Source: an uncultured Planctomycetota bacterium (GTDB lineage: Bacteria; Planctomycetota; PLA2; JAEUHO01). Taken from it: a DNA stretch of 64,000 bases. The position numbers were made by a program, and so were the translations under genes. The stretch covers positions 224,001-288,000 of the forward strand of contig CAVVXN010000005.1 in assembly GCA_963752285.1 (NCBI GenBank), in the 5' to 3' direction. This document shows positions 18,737 through 27,402 of the stretch, piece by piece. The notes under the pieces were generated by a model, which searched no databases, was not told the origin of the DNA, and worked only from the letters and a program-made list of their open reading frames with translations. Position 1 is the stretch's first letter, and each line of letters opens with the position of its first letter.

Positions 18737-19254
18737 ACCAACGACCGGTGCCTTCGGCCCCGGTCGAACGACGGGGTCATGTGAGGGGGCTCCGCCCCCT
18801 CCGCGCCGGCTTCGCCGTCGCTACCCCAGGCGTGGGGTCGTTGGCGGCGCGACGGGATCCGGACGACGCGCTCGTCCGAGCGACGCGAGAAGTGTGGTAG
18901 CGGCGGTTGGACTTGAACCAACGACCGGTGCCTTCGGCCCCGGTCGAACGACGGGGTCATGTGAGGGGGCTCCGCCCCCTCCGCGCCGGCTTCGCCGTCG
19001 CTACCCCAGGCGTGGGGTCGTTGGCGGCGCGACGGGATCCGGACGACGCGCTCGTCCGAGCGACGCGAGAAGTGTGGTAGCGGCGGTTGGACTTGAACCA
19101 ACGACCGGTGCCTTCGGCCCCGGTCGAACGACGGGGTCATGTGAGGGGGCTCCGCCCCCTCCGCGCCGGCTTCGCCGTCGCTACCCCAGGCGTGGGGTCG
19201 TTGGGGACGCGATCGGTACGGGCGGGGCCGGCACGACGAATGAAGCGAGAGGGA
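18715..19254 (-). repeat. Three 180-bp tandem units directly downstream of tRNA-Met, each carrying the tRNA 3' 32 nt
   Basis: TGGTAGCGGCGGTTGGACTTGAACCAACGACC at 18715, 18895, 19075 and 19255 (exact 180-bp period). Units 1 and 2 are identical; unit 3 differs in its 50 nt at 19205-19254. Confidence 0.97.
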
Positions 19255-19331
19255 TGGTAGCGGCGGTTGGACTTGAACCAACGACCCCACGCTTATGAAG
19301 CGTGTGCTCTAACCGGCTGAGCTACGCCGCC
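19255..19331 (-). tRNA. tRNA-Met (CAT), probably elongator
   Basis: GGCGGCGTAGCTCAGCCGGTTAGAGCACACGCTTCATAAGCGTGGGGTCGTTGGTTCAAGTCCAACCGCCGCTACCA folds as a full cloverleaf with CAT anticodon and encoded CCA. It lacks the initiator GGG/CCC anticodon stem; Ile2 is not fully excluded. Confidence 0.93.
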
Positions 19332-19348
19332 GTTCGGTCGGGCGGGTG

Positions 19349-19377
19349 ACGGTAGCCCCTCCTTCGCGGGCGGTCAA
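19349..19377 (-). promoter_or_regulatory. Sigma70-type promoter of tRNA-Met
   Basis: Minus strand TTGACC-17 nt-TACCGT, ending 17 nt before the tRNA 5' end. Confidence 0.7.
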
Positions 19378-19450
19378 GGCGAGCGGGCGGCGTCGGGAGG
19401 TGGGCCGCGCGGGGGGGGGCGGGCCGCGCGCTGGTCGATCCGGCGCGTGC

Positions 19451-20482
19451 TCAGGCCTTCGGGGCTCTCGCGCCGACAGCGGGGGCGTCGGGTGTGGGGG
19501 CGGGGACCTTCGGGTGGGGACGCACGTGGGGGTTCGGGCCCGCGGTCGCCGGCATCTCCGGCGGCCGGACGACGAGCACGGCGTCGCCCGCGCCCCGGTC
19601 CTCCTCGGTGAACGGCAGCGCGGGGTCGTCCTCCATCTGCATCACGAGCAGGGCGGTCCGGTCGTTCGGGCGACGCTCCCGGAACTTCGTGAGGGTCCCG
19701 AGGTCGCCCTCGACGTGGAAGGCGCCGACGACGAGCAGCACCCGCGTGTCGGGATGGGTGTCGCGGTACGCGGCGATGCGACCTCCCATCGCGTCGTCCC
19801 ACAGCGACTGCGCACGGAAGTACGGTTCGCCCCGTTCTTTCCCCATGAGCTTCAGGAACCGATCGTGGTACGCGTCCTTCGGCGTCGACGTGTGGTCGGG
19901 CAGCCACGCACGCTCCTGGGGCGCGAGCGAGGCGAGGTACTCGTCGTACGTGCCCTCGAACTTCCGGTATTCGCTGACGAGGCGACGCGGGGCGTTGGCC
20001 GACAGCACGGGGATGCCGTGCGCCTTCGCGAACTCGACGAGTGGGCCGTGCGTCTTCGGATAGGTCTTCGAACGCTGCGTCTTCTTCCGGAACGTCGGCT
20101 CGTCGAGCTTCCCGGCCAGATAGAGGTCGAGGTCGGACTGCTGGTCCGCCTCGAAGAACTCCATCGCGAGCGCCAGGGGGCGACCCGAACGCGCGAGACC
20201 CTCGAGCACCTGGAGCTCGTAGCGGGCGCCCACGGGATGGTCGTGGAGCTCGCCGAACGCCACGAAGTCGGCCCCGGCGGCGCGGCCGAGGAACGTGGCG
20301 AGCGAGATCGGGCGTCCCGTGCGGCCGTCGTAGAGCGCGGCCTCCTCGGGATGCGTGGGGGTGGGCCGAGGGGTGACCATGGCGGTCGGCGGGCAGGGGG
20401 GGCAGCAGCGCCGCGGGGGACACGCGCAGGCCGTGAGGAGGGACGCGAGGACCAGGACGCCGAGCTCGACGGGGATGCGCAT
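19451..20482 (-). CDS. ChaN family (Tiki superfamily, haem-uptake-like) lipoprotein
   Basis: Lipobox LTAC; FVAFGELHDHP, LAMEFFE, ANAPR, AQSLWDDAM, VGAFH motifs. Confidence 0.85.
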   Translation of the reverse strand: MRIPVELGVLVLASLLTACACPPRRCCPPCPPTAMVTPRPTPTHPEEAALYDGRTGRPISLATFLGRAAGADFVAFGELHDHPVGARYELQVLEGLARSGRPLALAMEFFEADQQSDLDLYLAGKLDEPTFRKKTQRSKTYPKTHGPLVEFAKAHGIPVLSANAPRRLVSEYRKFEGTYDEYLASLAPQERAWLPDHTSTPKDAYHDRFLKLMGKERGEPYFRAQSLWDDAMGGRIAAYRDTHPDTRVLLVVGAFHVEGDLGTLTKFRERRPNDRTALLVMQMEDDPALPFTEEDRGAGDAVLVVRPPEMPATAGPNPHVRPHPKVPAPTPDAPAVGARAPKA

Positions 20483-20595
20483 GGCCGGGAGCATCCCAGA
20501 GACCCTCCCCAGGGTCCACCCTGGGACCGGACACCGGGTCGGACCCGCCCGTGGACCGCGCGCCGCGCGTCGGGCCGCGAGGGTACGCTTGGCCG

Positions 20596-21114
20596 ATGGC
20601 CCGGCTCCTCCTCGTCGATGCGTACAACGCCATGTTCCGGCTGTGGCCCGATGCCCCGGCCGACCGTGACCAGGCGCGCCGCATGCTCGTCACGGCGGCC
20701 GAGGAGGCGCTGCGCGTGTCGGAGGTGGCGCGCGGCGACGATCGCGTGCTCCTGGTCTTCGACGCGCATCCGGGAGCGGAGCGTGCGGGCCTCCAGGGGC
20801 GGGGAGGCCGCGTGTCCTGGCGGTACGCCCGCGGTTCCGCCGACGACGAGATCCTCGAGCACCTGCGACGTGGCGAGGGGAGCGCCGGGAACGTCGTCGT
20901 CGTGACCGACGACCGCGAGCTCAAGGGACGTGCCCGCCAGCTCGGCGCCTCGACGGCGAGCGTGGGGGACCTCTTCCGGGGGCCGCGGCGTCTCGCGACG
21001 CCCGACGCCCCGCCGCGCGGGGCGCCCGTCGGCCCGCCCCTCGGGCCGACCGACTTCGACCTGCCCGCCGGAGAGATCGACCTCACCGATCCGGACCTGG
21101 AGGACCTCGCGTAG
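20596..21114 (+). CDS. NYN domain (YacP-like PIN-fold) protein
   Basis: LLVDAYN, LVFDA, SADDEI, VVVTDDREL motifs. Confidence 0.82.
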   Translation: MARLLLVDAYNAMFRLWPDAPADRDQARRMLVTAAEEALRVSEVARGDDRVLLVFDAHPGAERAGLQGRGGRVSWRYARGSADDEILEHLRRGEGSAGNVVVVTDDRELKGRARQLGASTASVGDLFRGPRRLATPDAPPRGAPVGPPLGPTDFDLPAGEIDLTDPDLEDLA

Positions 21115-21330
21115 CGGCGGGGCGCCTTCGGCCCACGGCGGGCGGGCGGAGCGTCGGCGGGCCCGCGGCGCGGCCTCCGGGCGGCGGCGAGGCGCCGACG
21201 CCCCGGCCCCTCGCTCCCGGCGGCGGGGGACCCCCGCGGTATAGGACTCGGGCCGCGACGCGTCGGGCCCGCGGGGACCGCACGGCTCCCCGGCCGACCC
21301 CGCCGGCCGGACGATGGAGGAAACATCCCC

Positions 21331-21846
21331 ATGAGCACGAAGAGCAGGATCGTGCACACGCTGATCGACCGCGGCTTCCTCGAGGAACACACGGTCCGCG
21401 AAATCCTCGAGCCGGCCTTCTGGTCGGTGAACGTCCACGACGGGCCCGAGGCCTACGAGAGGACCCTGCGCCGCTTCACCCGGCACCAGCGGCTCCTCCT
21501 CGCCGTCCAGTGGTACCGCTCCGAGGTGAACAACGGCGGCCACTGGCAATTCTACGTGAACCACACCTGCGTGGTCGTGCGGGACGCGCAGGACGGCCTC
21601 GACCTCCTGGCGCTCCCGGAGCACGTGTTGATCCTCCGCGAGTCGATCGCGCGCCTCGGCCAGGCGGTGCCGCTCGGCGGCGACCTCGTGTCGCGTGCGC
21701 AGTCCGTTCCCGACTTCGACGACCTGGACGAACGCTACTACGCGCTCGATCGGCGCTACGACGTGGAGGCACGGATGCTCCGCTTCATCCGCCTCCATCC
21801 CGACGAGTTCACGTTCGAGGGGCTCGTCGAGCACTTCCTGCCGTAG
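21331..21846 (+). CDS. DMP19/DUF4375 family protein
   Basis: GGAGG RBS; EVNNGGHWQFYVN motif and FDDLDERYY...FIRLHPDEF. Confidence 0.75.
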   Translation: MSTKSRIVHTLIDRGFLEEHTVREILEPAFWSVNVHDGPEAYERTLRRFTRHQRLLLAVQWYRSEVNNGGHWQFYVNHTCVVVRDAQDGLDLLALPEHVLILRESIARLGQAVPLGGDLVSRAQSVPDFDDLDERYYALDRRYDVEARMLRFIRLHPDEFTFEGLVEHFLP

Positions 21847-21906
21847 CCCTTCGGACGGGGAACGCGCGGTCCACGGTCGCGTGCGCGGGGGTGGACCGCG
21901 CGCGGC

Positions 21907-23280
21907 TCAGTCGATGGGCGCGAGGCGCGCCGTGAAGTGGCGCAGGTGGGGCGGCTCTTCGACGATGCGGAGGCCGCGGATCTCGGCCCTGCGGCGCACG
22001 ACCTCGTCGGCGACGTCGAGCACGTAGTCCACGTGGCTCTGCGTGTACACGCGACGCGGGATGGCGAGACGCAAGAGCTCCAGCGCGGCGAAGCGCTCCT
22101 GACCCGTCTTGGGGTCGCGGCCCCCGAACATCAACGACCCGATCTCGACCCCGCGAACGCCGCCCTCGACGTAGAACGCCGCGGCGAGCGCCTGCCCCGG
22201 GAAGGCCGCAGCGGGGATCTCGGGCAGGAACGCGCCGGCGTCGATGTAGATCGCGTGGCCGCCCGGCGGCTGGACGATGGGGATGCCGCGCTGGAGAAGG
22301 CCCTCGCCCAGGTAGCGCGTGGAAGCGAGGCGGTAGCGCAGGTAGTCCTCGTCCACGACCTCGCGCAGGCCGACGGCGATCGCCTCGAGGTCGCGTCCCG
22401 CCAGACCGCCGTACGTCGGGAAGCCCTCCGTCAGGATCAGGAGGTCTTCTTCCTGCTGGGCGAGGCGGTCGTCGTTCGTGCCGAGGAACCCGCCGATGTT
22501 GGCGAGCCCGTCCTTCTTGGCACTGAAGGTGGCCCCGTCGGCGAGCGCGAACATCTCGCGCGCGATCTCCTCCACGCTCTTGTCCTGGTACCCGTCCTCG
22601 CGGAGCTTCACCAAGTACGCGTTCTCGGCGAAGCGACAGGCGTCGAGGTAGAAGGGCACGCCGTGCCGGCGCGCGAGGGCGCTCGCGGCGCGGACGTTCG
22701 CCATCGACACGGGCTGGCCGCCGCCGGAGTTGTTCGTGATCGTGACGATCACGCAGGCGACTTCCTGGCCCCTCTCCGCGAGCAGGGCCTCCAGCCGCCG
22801 GACGTCGATGTTGCCCTTGAACGGATGCACCTCGGAGGGCCGAAGCGCCTCGGGACACGGGATGTCGATGGCCGTTCCGCCCAGGTACTCGACGTTCGCG
22901 CGCGTGGTGTCGAAGTGCGTGTTGCTCACCACGACCCGGTCCTTCACCTGGAGGCAGGTGAAGAGGATCCGCTCGGCGGCGCGGCCCTGGTGGGTGGGGA
23001 TCACGTGCCGGAAGCCCGTGAGCTCCTGGGCCCGGTCGCGAAAGCGGAACCACGACCGGGCGCCCGCGTAGGACTCGTCGCCGCGCATCACGGCCGCCCA
23101 CTGCTCGGAGCTCATCGCGCCCGTGCCCGAGTCGGTCAAGAGATCGATCAGGATGTCCTCGGCCCGGATCTTGAACAGGTTGTGATCGGCGGCCGCGAGG
23201 ATCGCCTGCCGCTCCTCGCGGGTCGTCATGCGGATCGGCTCCACGACCTTGATCCGGAACGGCTCGATGATCGTGCCCAC
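21907..23280 (-). CDS. tnaA: Tryptophanase (beta-eliminating lyase)
   Basis: EPFRIKVVE, DLLTDSGT, THQGR, FDTTR, SAKKD (PLP lysine), TYGGLAGRD. C-terminal LRHF is TnaA-type (tyrosine phenol-lyase has LRFF). GTG start with GGAGG. Confidence 0.88.
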   Translation of the reverse strand: MGTIIEPFRIKVVEPIRMTTREERQAILAAADHNLFKIRAEDILIDLLTDSGTGAMSSEQWAAVMRGDESYAGARSWFRFRDRAQELTGFRHVIPTHQGRAAERILFTCLQVKDRVVVSNTHFDTTRANVEYLGGTAIDIPCPEALRPSEVHPFKGNIDVRRLEALLAERGQEVACVIVTITNNSGGGQPVSMANVRAASALARRHGVPFYLDACRFAENAYLVKLREDGYQDKSVEEIAREMFALADGATFSAKKDGLANIGGFLGTNDDRLAQQEEDLLILTEGFPTYGGLAGRDLEAIAVGLREVVDEDYLRYRLASTRYLGEGLLQRGIPIVQPPGGHAIYIDAGAFLPEIPAAAFPGQALAAAFYVEGGVRGVEIGSLMFGGRDPKTGQERFAALELLRLAIPRRVYTQSHVDYVLDVADEVVRRRAEIRGLRIVEEPPHLRHFTARLAPID

Positions 23281-23381
23281 GAGGCCTCCTCCGCCGCGCC
23301 CGCCGCGGCGCGCCCATGATCGGCCCACGCCGCGTCGTTTCCATCCAGGGTCGGAGACCCTCTCCCCGCTACCCTCTCCGG

Positions 23382-23978
23382 GTGCCGCTCCTCGACTGCC
23401 GTGGCCTGGCGCGAAGCCCCTTCTTCGCCGCACGTGACCTGACGCTCGCCGAGGGCGAGATCGTGTTCCTCTCGGGACCGAGCGGCTCCGGCAAGTCCCT
23501 CTTCCTGCGCACCATCGCGGACCTCGACCCCGCGGACGCGGGCCGCGTGACGCTCCGCGGCGAGCCGCGCGCGTCGATCGCGCCGGCCGCGTGGCGTGCC
23601 CGCGTCCTCTACGTCCATCAGGGCGGCGTGCGGTTTCCCGGCACGGTGCGCGAGAACCTGGACCGCGTCGCGGCGCTCGAGGGATCCGGCGCGCGACGAC
23701 GCGGCCGGTTTCCCGCGGTGCCGGACGTGGAGGACGAGAAGGACGTCGAGCGCCTGTCGGGTGGCGAGGCGCAAGCGCTCGCGCTGCACCGCGCCCTCTG
23801 CCTCGAGCCCGAGGTCCTCCTCCTCGACGAGGCGACGTCGGCCATGGACCCCGAGCGGGCCGCCTTCTGGGAGGGGCGCGTGCGCGACTGGGTGGGGGCG
23901 GCGCGCGCGGCGCTCTGGGTGGCGCACGACGTCGCGATCGCCGCACGGCTCGGGGCGCGGCGGGAGCGCTTCCCGTGA
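23382..23978 (+). CDS. fetA: ABC transporter ATP-binding protein (FetA/YbbL-like)
   Basis: GPSGSGKS, LSGGE, LLLDEATSAMD, WVAHD; GTGA overlap with the permease gene. Start uncertain. Confidence 0.8.
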   Translation: MPLLDCRGLARSPFFAARDLTLAEGEIVFLSGPSGSGKSLFLRTIADLDPADAGRVTLRGEPRASIAPAAWRARVLYVHQGGVRFPGTVRENLDRVAALEGSGARRRGRFPAVPDVEDEKDVERLSGGEAQALALHRALCLEPEVLLLDEATSAMDPERAAFWEGRVRDWVGAARAALWVAHDVAIAARLGARRERFP

Positions 23979-24775
23979 CCGCGGTCATCACCCTCACATG
24001 GGACCGCCTCGCCCTCGTGGCGGCGCTGATCCTCCTGAACGCCGGGATCAGCCTCCGCCTGGGGCTGGGGCTCGGGCAGCGTCTCCTCCTCGCCGCCGTT
24101 CGAACCGTGGTCCAGCTCCTGCTCCTCGGGCTCGTCCTCGCGTGGGTCTTCTCGGTCGAGGGCCCGCTCGCCGTGCTCGCCATGATGACGTTCATGATCG
24201 TGATGGCGGGCTACGAGGCCGTCCGGCGCACCACGCTCCGGATCCCCGGGGGGTACGGCGCCGGGCTCGGCGTGATGCTCTTCTCGTCGATGACCGTGAC
24301 CCTGTACGGGATCGTCGCGGTCTTGCGCGTGGACCCGTGGTACCGGCCGCAGTACATCGTTCCGATCCTCGGCATGGTGCTCGGCAACACGCTGAACGGG
24401 ATCTCGCTCGGTCTCGAGACCGTCCTCGACGGCTTCGCGCGCGACCGGGAGCGGGTCGAGGTGCTCCTCGCGCACGGGGCCTCGCCGGCGGAGGCGTCCC
24501 GCGACGTCGTGCGCCGCGCGGTTCGAACCGGCATGGTCCCGATCCTCAACTCCATGGTCGCGGCGGGCGTGGTGAGCATCCCGGGGATGATGACCGGCCA
24601 GATCCTCGCGGGGCAGGATCCCGGCGGCGCCGCTCGCTACCAGATCTTCATCCTGTTCCTGATCGCGGCCGGCGTTGCGCTGGGCACGGTGCTCGTGGTC
24701 CTCGCCGCGCGCCGGCTGGTGTTCGACGGCCGGGCTCGGCTCCGCTCCGAACGCATCGTGCGAAGGGCCCGGTAG
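23975..24775 (+). CDS. fetB: ABC transporter permease FetB (UPF0014)
   Basis: RTVVQL, PQYIVPILGMVLGN, GVVSIPGMMTGQILAG, AARYQI. Confidence 0.9.
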   Translation: MTAVITLTWDRLALVAALILLNAGISLRLGLGLGQRLLLAAVRTVVQLLLLGLVLAWVFSVEGPLAVLAMMTFMIVMAGYEAVRRTTLRIPGGYGAGLGVMLFSSMTVTLYGIVAVLRVDPWYRPQYIVPILGMVLGNTLNGISLGLETVLDGFARDRERVEVLLAHGASPAEASRDVVRRAVRTGMVPILNSMVAAGVVSIPGMMTGQILAGQDPGGAARYQIFILFLIAAGVALGTVLVVLAARRLVFDGRARLRSERIVRRAR

Positions 24776-24819
24776 GCCCGCGGGCGCGGTGGTTCAATGA
24801 GGCGACCCGGGAGCGCGCC

Positions 24820-26529
24820 ATGGCCGTCACGAAGGAAGAACTGGAGCGTCGGATCGACCAGGCGGCGGGTCGCGTCCCCGCCGACCTGGTGGTGAAGGAC
24901 ACGCGCTTCCTCGACGTCGCGACGGGGGAGATCGCCCAGGGCGACGTCGCGATCGGCGGCGACAGGATCGTCGGCACGTACGAGCGCTACGAGGGCGAGG
25001 ACGAGATCGACGGTCGTGACCTCGTGGTGGTCCCGGGGTTCGTGGATGCGCACGTCCACGTGGAGAGCTCGCTCGTGACGCCCGGCGAGTTCGACCGGCT
25101 GGTCCTGCCACGCGGCACGACGACCGCCATCGCCGACCCGCACGAGATCGCGAACGTCCTCGGCGTCGAGGGCCTCTCGTACTTCCTCGAGGCCGCGCGG
25201 GACCTCGTCATGGACCTGAGGATCCAGCTCTCCTCGTGCGTACCCGCCACCGCCCTCGAGACGTCCGGCGCGCGGCTCCGGGCGGAGGACCTGGTCCGTC
25301 TGCGCGGCCACCCGTCCGTGCTCGGCCTGGCCGAGATGATGAACTTCCCCGGTGTGCTTCACCACGACCCGGAGGTGATCGAGAAGCTCGTCGCCTTCGA
25401 CGGGTGGCACGTGGACGGGCACTGCCCGCTCGTCTCCGGCTACGACCTGAACGCCTACGCGGCGTGCGGCATCCGAAACTGCCACGAGAGCACGAGCCTC
25501 GGCGAGGCCCGGGAGAAGCTCAGGAAGGGCATGCAGGTCCTGATCCGCGACGGGAGCGTCTCGAAGGACGTGGACGCGCTCGCCCCGCTCCTCGACGAGG
25601 CCACCTGGCCGTTCCTCGCCTTCTGCACCGACGACCGGAATCCCCTCGACATCGCCGACGAGGGGCACGTGGACCATCTGATCCGGCGCGCCATCCTGCG
25701 CGGCGCGCCCGTCGGGGCGGCGTACCGCGCCGCGACCTGGGCCGCGGCGCGTCACTTCGGCCTCACCGACAGGGGCGCCGTGGCGCCCGGTCAGCGCGCG
25801 GACCTGGTCTTGCTCGACGACCTCGAGACGTGCGCGGTCCACGCGGTCGTGAAGAACGGGCGCCTCGTCGGCGATTGGAGCTTCGAGGGGCGTCGCCTCC
25901 CGGCGCCGGTGGGGCGGCGCTCGATCCGGCTCGACCCGGTCGATCCCTCGGTGTTTTGCGTCCCGGGCGACCGCGGCGTCGTGTCGGTCATCGGCGTCAT
26001 CCCGGGCCGCATCCTGACCGACCACCTCCGGGAGGAGGTCCCCGCCCGGGGCGGGTTCCGTCACGCCGACCCCGCGCGCGACCTCCTCCAGGTCGCGGTC
26101 CTCGCCCGCCACGGCTCGAACCGCAACGTCGGTCGCGGCTTCGTGAAGGGCTTCGGCCTCCGGATCGGCGCGCTCGCATCGAGCGTCGGGCACGACAGCC
26201 ACAACGTGATCGTCGTCGGCGCCGACCCCCGCGAGATGGCCCTCGCGGTGAACCGGCTGATCGACCTCGAGGGCGGGTTCGTCGCCGTGATGGGCGACCG
26301 CGTGCTCGCCGAGCTCCCGCTGCCGATCGCCGGCCTCATGTCGGAGCGGTCCTCGGCCGAGGTCCGCGAGCGCCTGGTCGCGCTCCGGCGCGCGGTGAAG
26401 GATCTCGGCTGTCCCCTCGCGGAGGCGTTCCTGCAGCTCGCGTTCCTGCCCCTGCCGGTGATCCCGCACCTCAAGATCACCGACCACGGCCTCGTGGACG
26501 TGGACCGCTTTCAGGTCATCGCGGCCTGA
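24820..26529 (+). CDS. ade: Adenine deaminase
   Basis: PGFVDAHVHVESS, DPHEIANV, LAEMMNFPG, DGHCP, CTDD, SSVGHDSHN, LPIAGLMS, LPVIPHLKITD. Confidence 0.95.
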   Translation: MAVTKEELERRIDQAAGRVPADLVVKDTRFLDVATGEIAQGDVAIGGDRIVGTYERYEGEDEIDGRDLVVVPGFVDAHVHVESSLVTPGEFDRLVLPRGTTTAIADPHEIANVLGVEGLSYFLEAARDLVMDLRIQLSSCVPATALETSGARLRAEDLVRLRGHPSVLGLAEMMNFPGVLHHDPEVIEKLVAFDGWHVDGHCPLVSGYDLNAYAACGIRNCHESTSLGEAREKLRKGMQVLIRDGSVSKDVDALAPLLDEATWPFLAFCTDDRNPLDIADEGHVDHLIRRAILRGAPVGAAYRAATWAAARHFGLTDRGAVAPGQRADLVLLDDLETCAVHAVVKNGRLVGDWSFEGRRLPAPVGRRSIRLDPVDPSVFCVPGDRGVVSVIGVIPGRILTDHLREEVPARGGFRHADPARDLLQVAVLARHGSNRNVGRGFVKGFGLRIGALASSVGHDSHNVIVVGADPREMALAVNRLIDLEGGFVAVMGDRVLAELPLPIAGLMSERSSAEVRERLVALRRAVKDLGCPLAEAFLQLAFLPLPVIPHLKITDHGLVDVDRFQVIAA

Positions 26530-26547
26530 GCGTTCGAGGCCCGGCGC

Positions 26548-27087
26548 TCAGCCCTCCTCGACGACGCCCACGTATGGCAGGTGGCGGTAGCGTTCGGCCC
26601 AGTCGATGCCGTAGCCGACCAGGAACCCAGTCCCGACCTCGAAGCCGACGAAGTCCGCCGCGAAGGGGACGGCCCTCCGGCCCGGCTTGTCGAGGAGGAC
26701 GCACGTGCCGACGCTCGCCGCGCCGCGCGCGAGGAGGTGGGCCGCGACGTGCGCGAGCGACCGCCCGGTGTCGAGGATGTCGTCTACGAGGAGCACGTCG
26801 CGCCCGCGCGGGTCGGCGCTCGCGTCCACGCGGAGGGTCACGACGCCGCGGCTCTCGGTGCCGTCGCCGTAGCTGCTCGCCACCAGGAAGTCCACCTCGG
26901 GCCGCACCCCCTCGGCGTCCAGCGCGCGGACGAGGTCGGCGGCGAACACGAAGGCACCCTTCAGGCACACCACCATCAAGAAGGTCGCCTCCGGGGCGGG
27001 CGGCCACCGGCGTGCGATCTCCGTGGCGAGCTCGCGGACGCGCTCGGCGATCCGCTCGGCGCTGATGACCTCTACGATGCGCGACAC
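26548..27087 (-). CDS. hpt: Hypoxanthine phosphoribosyltransferase
   Basis: LKGAFVFAADL, SSYG, VDDILDTGRSL, LLDK, FLVGYGIDWAERYRHLP. Confidence 0.92.
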   Translation of the reverse strand: MSRIVEVISAERIAERVRELATEIARRWPPAPEATFLMVVCLKGAFVFAADLVRALDAEGVRPEVDFLVASSYGDGTESRGVVTLRVDASADPRGRDVLLVDDILDTGRSLAHVAAHLLARGAASVGTCVLLDKPGRRAVPFAADFVGFEVGTGFLVGYGIDWAERYRHLPYVGVVEEG

Positions 27088-27402
27088 GGAACGGCCTCCG
27101 GCGCCCATCCTACGGTCGCCCGTTCCGGATGGACCGCGCGTCGCCGATCGGGCCGGCCCGCAGGAACCCCGATGCGCGCGGCGCGTTCGCCGCCAGGTGC
27201 CGCGGTACGCGACTCGTCGCCCGAAAGACCACGCTCACCCCCGACGGGCTGTCGTGGGTGCGCCCGGGCCCGACCCCACCGCGAGGAGGGCACGACCCCT
27301 TCCCCTCCGGGCGATGGGGGGGCGGACGACGAGCAACGCCGGAACCGGGGTCCCGGCGTCCGCAGGGCCGCGCGGTCCACGGCGGTTCCGGCGTCGAGCG
27401 CG

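Noticed and set aside
18715..19254. Additional tRNA genes or a CRISPR array
   Set aside because: Copies contain only the T-arm and 3' acceptor strand, with no D-arm or anticodon arm. Two of the three 50-nt intervening segments are identical and the repeat is too long for CRISPR.
18450..19298. Repetitive ORFs (VVAAVGLEPTT...) over the tRNA repeats
   Set aside because: This is the typical translation of an antisense tRNA 3' end; not a protein.
16105..19331. Prophage or ICE integrated at tRNA-Met
   Set aside because: No integrase, phage or conjugation genes are present, and the cargo blocks are only 1.1-1.4 kb.
20596..21846. NYN nuclease plus DUF4375 as a toxin-antitoxin pair
   Set aside because: Genes are 216 bp apart with a separate RBS and a likely separate promoter; YacP-like NYN proteins are usually stand-alone.
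23281..23381. tnaC leader peptide upstream of tnaA
   Set aside because: Only about 100 bp separate tnaA from the divergent fetA, and I see no short Trp-containing leader with the TnaC pattern.
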